Shown piece after piece: positions 28,954-37,986 of a DNA stretch of 64,000 nt. A program made the position numbers and the translations under genes. Numbering within the stretch: position 1 is the stretch's first letter; each line of letters begins with the position of its first letter. Origin of the DNA: a bacterium. Its GTDB lineage: Bacteria; Patescibacteriota; Patescibacteriia; Patescibacteriales; UBA12465. The stretch spans positions 141,872 through 205,871 of the forward strand of contig JAUYNJ010000004.1 in NCBI GenBank assembly GCA_030696105.1, given 5' to 3'. Below the pieces are notes generated by a model, which saw only the letters and a list, made by a program, of their open reading frames with translations, made no database searches and was not told the DNA's origin.

Positions 28954-29397
28954 CTTGACAAATATTTATTTAAACAATAAGCTTCAAGCAAGTTATTTAA
29001 AATAAATGCTGATTAAAAATTAATAAACAGAAGGACTGTTGCCATCAAACTAATTTCCATATTTTATTATGTAAATATTAAGTTTGTAGAAAATGAGCAC
29101 TCTCTTTAAAATTTTTAACAAAGCATAATCACCATTTATTTTAGCAAAGGTAAAGCCATTAAGGAGATTTGATGATTTGATAAATTTTATCCATGATTCA
29201 ACCTTAGGAAATTAAGGCATACCATATTTGCAGTCGTAACTTATTTTTATGTTCTTTTTTTCTTGGTAATTTTCAGTTTTATTCTTCTCCTATTTTTTCA
29301 GTAATAAATATTTGTCATTTGGTTAAGATATCGTTTAAGCTGAAAAAAAATGGGCAAGAGTTTTTGTTGGTCCTCAGTGAAAAGAGGATTAACAGAG

Positions 29398-29431
29398 AAC
29401 CGGATAATATGCATCATATATCCGGTTTTTT
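29398..29431 (+). terminator. Plus-strand rho-independent terminator-like hairpin inside the noncoding gap
   Basis: AACCGGATA-atatgcatcata-TATCCGGTT followed by tttttt. The T-run lies only on the plus-strand side. Confidence 0.5.
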
Positions 29432-29532
29432 ATTTCTTTTATTATTTTACTTGGTAAGACTATGTGAGCTAGAGGTAATTTTTTCCGAATAAACACCTCC
29501 CCGCCCTAATCCCCACTCCAATATTGATAAAC

Positions 29533-32443
29533 CTAAACCTTTTCCACCTGAATAGATAAATCTCCACTTTCCAGTTTTAGTTTCTTAATCGTGGACTTAG
29601 AATTAGATTTGCCAATATTAAGCTTAAGGGCAATAGTGGCCTTCTTAATATCTTCAGCAGCGGCAAATATCCACTTACTAGCCTCTTCATTTACCTCTAC
29701 ATAAATATTAATATCATCAGCTACGCTTAGACCAGCATCTTTGCGTAAAGCATTCACGGTTCTAATCACTTCTCGTTTATTGCCTTCTAATTGCAGCTCA
29801 AGAGTAATAACCGTATCTAAATTAACGGAAATATTGCCCTCGCCTCCCTGCCAAATAATTTCACGTACATTTAATTCATCAGCCAACAAACTAAAGTAAC
29901 CGTCACTTAGTTTATTGCCGCCCTTAAATTCAGCCGAGCAGAGCATCTGTCTAATTTTAATACTAGCGAGATCGCGAGCGGCCAGGGCCACTTCTACCCC
30001 CTTGCGCAAAGATTCCATTTGCCCCAGAACTTCTTGTTCGGTTTTTGTTGGTGCACCCAAGTCAGACCAGTTCTGCAAATGCACTGATTCATCGCGATTA
30101 TTAAATTTATTTCCAGAAACCTCTTGCCATAGGCGCTCGGCGGTAAAAGGCATAAAAGGAGCCATAATCTTAGCTAGCTCCAATAAAACAAATCTACTCA
30201 TAGCCAAAGCCTCTTGTTTATCTTTTTCATCATCACTCTTAAAGCGCTCGCGTGAGCGACGCAAATACCAGGTTGAGAGCTCGTCAATAAATTCGGTAAT
30301 TGGACGCATAGCTTTTGGTAGATTGTATTTTTCCATTGCTCCTGTCACCTCAATTAACAATAATTTTAATTTAGCCAAAATCCAAGCATCTAAAACGTTT
30401 TCAGAGACTACTTCCCGTCCGTCATACTCCGGTGCATAAGTTTCATAGAAGCGATAAACGTTCCATAAAGTCATCGCATTCTTACGCAATGATTCCTGCG
30501 CGCCACTTTCAGAAAAATTCAAATTCTCCGCTTGCATAACCGGTGACGATAATAGATAAGCACGCAAAGCATCGGCCCCATATTTTTCCATCACTAAGCT
30601 CGGATCAGGATAATTCTGTAATTTCTTAGACATCTTCTTGCCATCTTCGGCCAAAACAATGCCATTAACAATAACATGCTGAAAAGCATGACTGTCTTTA
30701 ATGCCGCCAGAAATGACGTGTAAATAATAAAACCAGGCTCGAGTCTGATCGGAACCCTCGGCGATAAACTGAGCGGGAAAATTTGCTTCCAATTTTTCTT
30801 TATTTTCAAAGGAGTAGTGAAGCTGGGCATAAGGCATAGAGCCAGACTCAAACCAACAATCAATCACGTCGCTAATACGGGTCATTTTTACACTACACTT
30901 AGAACAAGAAAAAGTTAGAGCATCAACTTTATCCTTATGAATATCATCAATTTTCTTGTCTTTTAATTTTAAGTCAGCCACTGAGGCTACAACGTGGCGA
31001 TGATCATTTTTACATTCCCAAATTGGAATAGCACTAGCCCAAAAACGCTGACGAGAAATTGACCAATCACGAGCCCCTTCCAGCCAATTACCAAAACGTC
31101 ATTTTTAATATAATCAGGCGACCAGTTAATTTCTTTAGCCGTTTCTAAAAGCTTATCTTTAATCTTTGTCACTCCCACAAACCAAGAAGAAGTAGCGTAA
31201 TTAATTAAAGGCGTATCGCAACGCCAGCGATGAGGATAGCTGTGTTCGTATTTTTCTTTATGAAATAAGAGATTATTAGCAGCTAGATATTTAATAATTT
31301 GAATATCAGTGGCCATGTGATCATCCATAGGCTTAACATGTAGCCCAAGGAAATCTTTTACTTCTTTCTTAAAGACGCCATCCATACCCACGTGCTGAAC
31401 AAAAGGCAAAGACTCCTGCTTACCTAATTTCATATCATCTTCACCAAAAGCGGGAGCGATATGAACTACTCCAGTACCTTCGTCGGTCGTCACAAACTCG
31501 GCCGCATAAATCTTCCAACCATTGTCTCTATTTTCTAAATTCTTATCATCAGAATAATAATTAAAGAGAGGTTTATAGGCTTTACCAATTAAATCTGAGC
31601 CTTTGAAAGTATCTAATACTTCATTTTCTTTTTCTTTCATCACTTCAACTAAACGTTCCTTGGCAACAATAAAAATTCCCTCTTCTGTTTTTACCTTCAC
31701 ATAATCAATCTCACCCCCAATTGCTAAAGCGACATTGCCAATAAGCGTCCAAGGAGTGGTTGTCCAAGCAAGCACATATGTTCCCGGTTCTTCCACTAAT
31801 TCAAATTTAGCAATTGTAGACAAATCTTTAATATCTCGATAGCCTTCTGTTACCTCTGATTGTGATAAAGTTGTTTCACAGCGTGGACAGATATGCATAG
31901 AGCGATAATCCTTGTAAATTAAACCCCTGTCCCACAACTGCTTGAAGGTCCACCAAATGCTTTCCATATAATCAAGATCCATGGTCTTATAGGCATTGTC
32001 AAAATCAACCCAACGACCAAGGCGGGTAATCACTCGCCCCCATTCTTCGGCATCGGTTAAAACTTTAGAGCGACATAAGTCATTGAACTTGCCTACGCCC
32101 AATTCTTCAATATCTTTCTTACTTTTTGTGCCCAGTTCTTTTTCCACGATATTTTCAATCGGTAAGCCATGACAATCCCAGCCCCATTTACGTTCCACCT
32201 GATAATCGCGCATCGTTTGATAACGCGGAACCGCGTCTTTCATTAAACTGGCCACTAAATGACCATAGTGAGGCGTGCCGGTAGCAAAAGGAGGTCCGTC
32301 ACAGAAAACGTAATCACCTTTAGGAGAATCTTCACCAAGGACTTATCAAAAGTATGAGACTCCTGCCAAAAATCTAACACTTTATTTTCGGCCTCAGGAA
32401 AGGTTAAGGCTGGAGTTTCTGTTTTATCTTGCTTTGAAGACAT
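29533..32443 (-). pseudogene. ileS: Isoleucyl-tRNA synthetase (eukaryote-like/type 2 flavour) interrupted by two 1-nt frameshifts
   Basis: Three consecutive ORFs (32443-32255, 32255-30987, 30981-29533) read as one IleRS. ...FDKSL | GEDSPKGDYVFCDGPPFATGTPHYGHLVA is joined by a frame change near 32334-32342. ...DYIKN(D/E) | RFGNWLEGARDWSISRQRFW is joined by a frame change near 31096-31100. KMSKKLQNYPDP is present. Confidence 0.85.
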
Positions 32444-32486
32444 AATATTTTAAAAATTTATTTACGCAAATATATAGCTTTAAATC

Positions 32487-33053
32487 TTACTCGAATTTTT
32501 CAACTGCTCTATCTCTGCCAGATCCCTTATTCCATTGCACAGGTTTTGTTTTTATATCTTTTTTATGTGATTTTTCTTGTGCAGCTTGTAGGGACATCTC
32601 CTGTTTAGCAACTTCCAAATACTTTAAGTACAAACGAGCACTATCGCGATAAATCTCCTCATCATGCAGGTCGGGATTAACTAAGGTCTGATAAGCTCGC
32701 TGTTTATCTTCGCCGGGGAGAGCGGCTTCATAAGATGCCCTTAACATCAGCATTCTAATTTCATAAGCCTTAATTTCTGGCATAATATCGGCAAAATCAG
32801 CAATCTTCAACAAATCTTCTCTGGCTCGTAATAGCTTTAAACGTTTTAACTTTATTTCCGCTTCTTTTTTAAGCGCCTCCTCCCTCTTGATTAGAGACTC
32901 GGAAATTAAATCTTCCTTTTTTGCTTCAGTATCTTTATCTGCGGCACAAGCTTCAATCCCTTCTTCATTCTTAACATCATCCTCATCAATATTTTCGATT
33001 TCATGCTTACTGGGCTCAAAAATATTTAAAAAATTTAATTGTTTTTCCGACAT
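32487..33053 (-). CDS. Hypothetical acidic coiled-coil protein
   Basis: 188 aa. E/K/D-rich N-terminal half with heptad-like EEALKKEAEIKLKRLKLLRARE. No recognised family. Confidence 0.5.
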   Translation of the reverse strand: MSEKQLNFLNIFEPSKHEIENIDEDDVKNEEGIEACAADKDTEAKKEDLISESLIKREEALKKEAEIKLKRLKLLRAREDLLKIADFADIMPEIKAYEIRMLMLRASYEAALPGEDKQRAYQTLVNPDLHDEEIYRDSARLYLKYLEVAKQEMSLQAAQEKSHKKDIKTKPVQWNKGSGRDRAVEKFE

Positions 33054-33064
33054 ATGTTTATTAA

Positions 33065-33496
33065 TTATTTTCTAGATAAAGTAACTAAGTCTTTAATTCC
33101 TGGTAAAGTATCTAATTTTTCCACTTCGGTTAAATCAAACCAGGACACTTCGCTTACTTTCTCTTCACCTGACTTCGGAGTTCCACTAATTATTTCTGCC
33201 TCATAGCAAAAAACAACTGCCTAAATTTTCCCGCCACTACTCGTCTCCCATAACCGGGACTGAACAAGTGGTAATAGTTTAATAATTTTTATCTCACAAC
33301 TTTTTTCCTCAAGACATTCCCTTATTACGGTCTGCTCCGGGCTTTCGCCGAAATCAATGCGGCCACCAGGAAATTCCCATTTTTCATTGGCCTTAGGAAT
33401 AATTTTATCTAATCGTTTCTGTAAAAGAATCTTGCCTTCAGCATTCTTAATTAAGGCCAACGTTACTATCAATTGTTTTTCCTCTTTTTCATTCAT
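33065..33496 (-). pseudogene. NUDIX hydrolase with a single in-frame TAG (codon 92 of 143)
   Basis: Nudix box GGRIDFGESPEQTVIRECLEEKSC. The track ORF stops at TAG (33223-33221). The same frame continues AVVFCYEAEIISGTPKSGEEKVSEVSWFDLTEVEKLDTLPG... to TAA at 33067-33065. I verified this codon by codon. Confidence 0.75.
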
Positions 33497-33526
33497 ATAA
33501 TTATTCTTAAAACCCTATCTGCTTCT

Positions 33527-34351
33527 TTATTTTTTATCGGATAAAAATTTATTCCCAGAAATAATTGATTTTCCCGTTTGTTTTTCTAATTCCTTCCTGG
33601 CCTTACCAGCCACACCGCCGCCTTTTTTAGCAACCACTCTATTTTTCATAAAAGTATCAGGCTTTTCTGTTTTAGAAATTTCAGTAGTTGAAACTTCGGC
33701 TAACATATTTAAAACAAGCTCCAAATTAGTCATGTTATCACGCAAATTTTCACTCTTCAGATTTTTTATCTTTTTGTATTCCTTAATCTTTATGCCCGCC
33801 CAAGCAAAAGTAATATCATCTGTTAAAATAGCAAATTCATTACTTTTATTAACCCCTCTTTCACTCCATTCGTCAGTCAGATCCTTTCTGATTTCAATGC
33901 TTTTCAATCTTAAATCAACCCAGTCCTTAGAATACCCCTTCTTTAAATAAGTAGCCAATGATCGCTGAATTCCTTTTTCAGGATCTTCTATTTCCTCTAC
34001 CCGCTCATAACCAACGCGAGCCAACCATTGCTTAAAAGGCTCTGCTTTAGGTGACGGAATAGATTGAATAATACGAAAAATTGTTTCAGTGTCAGCGGCA
34101 TCAGATAAATAATATTTACCATCTTTAGCTAAAAATTTCAGTTGGTGACATTTTGTCACCACCTCACTGCCCTCATCACGTAATCTCTGCGCCAACTTAT
34201 TCCAATACTTTCTTTTATCAGCACTATCCGTTAACACTCCAACAATATCCACCACCGAAAAATACCATTTTTCTTTTTCTCCATCCCAAACTCGTCGAAT
34301 TTCTCGACCCGAAAAAATAGCCATTTTTTGCGTCTTTGTCTTATTGTTCAT
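33527..34351 (-). CDS. Bro-N domain protein (phage antirepressor-like N-terminus)
   Basis: 274 aa. IFSGREIRRVWDGEKEKWYFSVVDIVGVL...YLSDAADTETIFRIIQSIPSPKAEPFKQWLARVG matches the Bro-N pattern. Confidence 0.7.
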   Translation of the reverse strand: MNNKTKTQKMAIFSGREIRRVWDGEKEKWYFSVVDIVGVLTDSADKRKYWNKLAQRLRDEGSEVVTKCHQLKFLAKDGKYYLSDAADTETIFRIIQSIPSPKAEPFKQWLARVGYERVEEIEDPEKGIQRSLATYLKKGYSKDWVDLRLKSIEIRKDLTDEWSERGVNKSNEFAILTDDITFAWAGIKIKEYKKIKNLKSENLRDNMTNLELVLNMLAEVSTTEISKTEKPDTFMKNRVVAKKGGGVAGKARKELEKQTGKSIISGNKFLSDKK

Positions 34352-34358
34352 ACTGTTT

Positions 34359-34385
34359 AATGATTAGTAAATTATACTAATCATT
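34359..34385. promoter_or_regulatory. Perfect 11-bp inverted repeat (5-bp spacer) enclosing the -10 box of the Bro-N gene
   Basis: AATGATTAGTA-aatta-TACTAATCATT. The minus strand reads aatgattagTATAATttactaatcatt, 19 nt before the ATG at 34351. Confidence 0.5.
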
Positions 34386-34419
34386 GTATCAAAACTAAGA
34401 TGAAGATAAGATAAAAATT

Positions 34420-35058
34420 TTATTCTTTGATTATCTTGCCTACAATATCAAAAATAACCTCATTAGCGTCTTCCTTTTCAATCTTAATGCCAATTTTATT
34501 TATCTCAATCTTTCTGAAAAAATCGGAGATATTGATTGATTTTAATTTTTTGTAAATAACTTCTTGACTATCTTCCGGTCTCAGAACTCCATTAATTATC
34601 AAATTATTCTCATTAAAATCATTATATAATTCTGAAAATGAATCAAAATCTGGAATTTTACCTTTCTTTTTAAAACTGGAAAAATTTGATTCTAATTTTT
34701 CTAATACATCAGGACGAAATTTTTTAACCCTTTCCATTCCTCTTATAAAAGCATCCTTCTCTCTTTCAATGTTTCTTTCTGCTTCATCTTCACTAGCATT
34801 AATATTGGGATTAGCTGATTCCTGCATTAGATGTCCAAGTTCATGAATTATAACATTCCAAGAATAAAAAATATCTCCGTGCGGGTATCTAACCTGCAGA
34901 TTTTTTCCATCTTCTAACATTCTGCCGGAACCCTGACATTCCAATGGCCAGCCAAGAGAACGAATTTTAGACGAGATTTTTTTAGGCAGCTCATCTAAGG
35001 CAATTATATTCTCTTTTTTTATTTCTATTTTATTTTGTTCTATTTTTTCAAAATTCAT
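34420..35058 (-). CDS. Hypothetical HExxH zinc-metallopeptidase-like protein
   Basis: The only recognisable feature is VIIHELGHLMQE. Start taken at MNFEKIE (35058), 20 nt after the secA stop. The track start is 35094. Confidence 0.5.
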   Translation of the reverse strand: MNFEKIEQNKIEIKKENIIALDELPKKISSKIRSLGWPLECQGSGRMLEDGKNLQVRYPHGDIFYSWNVIIHELGHLMQESANPNINASEDEAERNIEREKDAFIRGMERVKKFRPDVLEKLESNFSSFKKKGKIPDFDSFSELYNDFNENNLIINGVLRPEDSQEVIYKKLKSINISDFFRKIEINKIGIKIEKEDANEVIFDIVGKIIKE

Positions 35059-35078
35059 ATTATTTATTCCCCATAATC

Positions 35079-37823
35079 TTAAGCCCCGTGACACTTCTTA
35101 TACTTCTTCCCGCTACCACAAGGACAGGGGTCGTTTCGGCCAATGACTTTTCCGGACTCATCCTTCGCCTTCTCGCGGACGAGATCAAAATTATCTCGCT
35201 TCTCGCTCAGTTTCTCCATTTCTTTTGGAGCACCCTCAAGTCTCAGATTTTTCGGCTGTTCACTTTCTCCCAGTTTAATTACCGCTGAAGGCGCCGCGCG
35301 CAAAGCGTCGGCTGTTTTGTATATTGAATAGGCGAGTTGCTGACGAATTAATTCTTTTAAGTCATGGTACATGCGGTAGGCTTCTTTCTTGTATTCGACG
35401 AGCGGATCACGTTGTCCATAACCGCGTAGACCAATGCCGCGACGCATATAATCCATTGTTTCCAGGTGCTCAACCCACATCTGATCAATTGAGCGCAGCA
35501 ACATACCTTTCGCGACTTCACGGAAATCGACATTGGCTTCAGTAAAGCTTTTGACTAAACGTTCATAGGTGTCAGCGGCAGCATCTTTCAGATACTTTAA
35601 CACTGCTTCGCGTCCCGTCTCCTCACCCACTCCAGCGACTTCCTTTAATCTATCCAGCAAGTTCTTGTCGGCGGAAAACATCGTCCGCATTGTTTCCGCA
35701 ATTTCCTGTAGATTCCATTCTTCCGCCTTATCACCAACTGTATGGAAGGAGACAATCTTGGTAATTTCTTCGTTTACCAATTCCGCAATCATGTTACCTA
35801 AACGCTCCAAACCAGTCGGTTCACCTTCCTTTTCTTTACTCTCAGCGGCTTCAAGTATTTCACGGCGACGTCTATAGATAGACTCGCGGTGTTTATTAAT
35901 AACATCATCGTATTCAACTAAATGTTTTCTGATATCAAAATTATTGCCTTCAACTTTTTTCTGAGCTGATTCGAGAGATTTTGAAATCATGCTGTTTTCA
36001 ATCGGCACATCAGATGGCAATTTAAGTGTGTTCATCATTCGCTTCATGCGGTCACCGCCGAAAATGCGCATCAAATCATCTTCGGTTGAGACATAGAACT
36101 GAGAAGAACCAGGATCACCTTGGCGTCCAGCACGACCACGCAACTGATTATCAATACGACGTGACTCGTGTCTTTCGGTCCCGATGACATGTAAGCCGCC
36201 AAGTTCACGGACTCTTTCCTGTTCAGCCTTCGCCACACTAACCTGAGCTGGGTCAGCACTATCAGGGTTACCACCTAAAATGATATCAACACCACGACCA
36301 GCCATATTCGTAGCTAGTGTAATAGCGCCGGGTCGCCCTGCTTGAGCAATAATTTCAGCTTCCTTCTGATGATTCTTCGCATTCAACATTTGCGGGCGCA
36401 AACCTTCACGCTCCATCATGTTGGCTAAAACCTCATTTCTCTCAATTGAAATCGTACCGATTAAAACCGGTTGCCCCTTCTCCGCACGCATCTTCACGTC
36501 TCTAATCACCGCCGCGTACTTATCTTCTTCGGTGCGATAGATTAAATCATTTAAATCTTTACGGACGTTGGGCTTATTCGTCGGGATAACAATTGTCTCC
36601 AGCTTATATATTTTATGAAATTCTTCTGCTTCGGTTAAAGCCGTTCCCGTCATACCGGATAACTTGTTATACATACGGAAAAGATTCTGGAAGGTGATGG
36701 TCGCCATCGTCTGTGATTCTTTCTGCACTTTAACCCCTTCCTTCGCTTCAATCGCTTGATGCAAGCCTTCACTATAGCGGCGACCCTGCATCATGCGTCC
36801 GGTAAATTCATCAACAATGATAATCTCATCGTCTTTGACAACGTAATCGCGGTCTTTATGGAAAAGCACTCTTGCCTTTAAAGCTTGTTCAAGATGATGC
36901 ACCTCTTTAACGCCACCGGTTACATAAATATTGCCGATGCCGAGCCATTCTTCAATTTTATTAATACCAGCCTCAGTTAAGGTTGCCGCTTTCAGTTTTT
37001 CGTCAACATTATAATCTTCATTTTCGGTTAAACGCTGCACTAACTGCGAAAACTTCTGATACTTGTCAGTTGATTCTTCGGCGGGGGCGCTGATAATGAG
37101 CGGGGTGCGAGCTTCATCAATGAGAATTGAGTCGATTTCATCGACGATGGCGTAATTCAAAGTGCGCTGCACCGTCTGCCCGAGATTATAGGCCATGTTG
37201 TCGCGCAAAAAATCGAAACCAAATTCATTATTGGTACCATAGGTGATGTCACAGTAATATGCAGCCCGACGTGGAATCGGACGGAAGTGGCGCAAGCGCT
37301 CATCGTACTGATTTTCATCATTGTATTCTGGATCATATTGATAAGCGGCATCATGCACGATGACGCTCGTTGTGAGACCGAGAGCGTGATATAAAGGCGC
37401 CATCCAACCAGCGCCAACACGCGCCAAATAATCATTAACCGTCACTAAGTGCACGCCCTTGCCTTCAAGAGCGTTTAAATACATCGGTAGGGTCGCGACC
37501 AGCGTTTTACCTTCACCCGTCTTCATTTCCGCAATCTGTCCACGGTGTAAGACGATGCCACCAATTAACTGCACATCGTAATGCCTTTGATTAAGAATAC
37601 GCGAAGAAGCCTCGCGCATGTTCGCGAAGGCTTCAGGTAAGAGCGCGTCCAAAGATTCACCCTTAGCTAACCTTTCCTTAAATTCACGTGTCTTCCCCTC
37701 CAACTCTTCAGTTTGCAGAGATTTAAAAGCAGCTTCAAAGGAATTGATCTGGGCAACTGTTTTCCCAATTTCTTTAATAATTTTTTCGTTCGGATCGCCC
37801 ATCAGGGCGTTAAAGATATTCAT
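35079..37823 (-). CDS. secA: Preprotein translocase ATPase SecA
   Basis: 914 aa. MKTGEGKTLVATLP, DEIDSILIDEARTPLIIS, TNMAGRGVDI. C-terminal zinc motif CPCGSGKKYKKCHG. Confidence 0.95.
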   Translation of the reverse strand: MNIFNALMGDPNEKIIKEIGKTVAQINSFEAAFKSLQTEELEGKTREFKERLAKGESLDALLPEAFANMREASSRILNQRHYDVQLIGGIVLHRGQIAEMKTGEGKTLVATLPMYLNALEGKGVHLVTVNDYLARVGAGWMAPLYHALGLTTSVIVHDAAYQYDPEYNDENQYDERLRHFRPIPRRAAYYCDITYGTNNEFGFDFLRDNMAYNLGQTVQRTLNYAIVDEIDSILIDEARTPLIISAPAEESTDKYQKFSQLVQRLTENEDYNVDEKLKAATLTEAGINKIEEWLGIGNIYVTGGVKEVHHLEQALKARVLFHKDRDYVVKDDEIIIVDEFTGRMMQGRRYSEGLHQAIEAKEGVKVQKESQTMATITFQNLFRMYNKLSGMTGTALTEAEEFHKIYKLETIVIPTNKPNVRKDLNDLIYRTEEDKYAAVIRDVKMRAEKGQPVLIGTISIERNEVLANMMEREGLRPQMLNAKNHQKEAEIIAQAGRPGAITLATNMAGRGVDIILGGNPDSADPAQVSVAKAEQERVRELGGLHVIGTERHESRRIDNQLRGRAGRQGDPGSSQFYVSTEDDLMRIFGGDRMKRMMNTLKLPSDVPIENSMISKSLESAQKKVEGNNFDIRKHLVEYDDVINKHRESIYRRRREILEAAESKEKEGEPTGLERLGNMIAELVNEEITKIVSFHTVGDKAEEWNLQEIAETMRTMFSADKNLLDRLKEVAGVGEETGREAVLKYLKDAAADTYERLVKSFTEANVDFREVAKGMLLRSIDQMWVEHLETMDYMRRGIGLRGYGQRDPLVEYKKEAYRMYHDLKELIRQQLAYSIYKTADALRAAPSAVIKLGESEQPKNLRLEGAPKEMEKLSEKRDNFDLVREKAKDESGKVIGRNDPCPCGSGKKYKKCHGA

Positions 37824-37944
37824 AGGTTTACATTAATTGGCAATAATAAGACAAAATACGCCTAATGCGCTATTTTCAGTATAATATGCTTTAGTGATTA
37901 AATAAATATTGACTGAAATTACTAATAATGTCGGCGGTATTTAC

Positions 37945-37975
37945 ATCAAAAAACCCATCAAGCGTCGATGGGTTT
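37945..37975 (-). terminator. Terminator after nrdB
   Basis: AAACCCATC-aagcgtc-GATGGGTTT. The minus strand is followed by ttttttgatg. Confidence 0.65.
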
Positions 37976-37986
37976 TATTTGTTCTC

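Noticed and set aside
29249-29269. Mini-ORF MFFFSW-stop as a Phe-attenuation leader peptide upstream of the 29398-29431 terminator.
   Set aside because: It has no Shine-Dalgarno sequence. No plus-strand gene lies downstream to regulate. The Phe codons come from a poly-T tract in AT-rich DNA.
28961-29532. tmRNA, RNase P RNA, SRP RNA or 6S RNA in the AT-rich gap.
   Set aside because: I could not find any of the conserved cores (such as the RNase P GAGGAAAGUCC-type P4 strand, tmRNA tag ORF/ACCA end or SRP GGAA/AGCA motif). The region is too AT-rich and unstructured apart from one hairpin.
32444-32486. T-box or other leader upstream of ileS.
   Set aside because: Only 43 nt separate ileS from the upstream gene, which is far too short for a T-box.
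33221-33223. In-frame TAG as evidence of stop-codon reassignment (alternative genetic code).
   Set aside because: TAG ends murC (3303-3305) and the ABC exporter (1492-1494) at natural-looking C-termini. No other gene needs TAG read-through.
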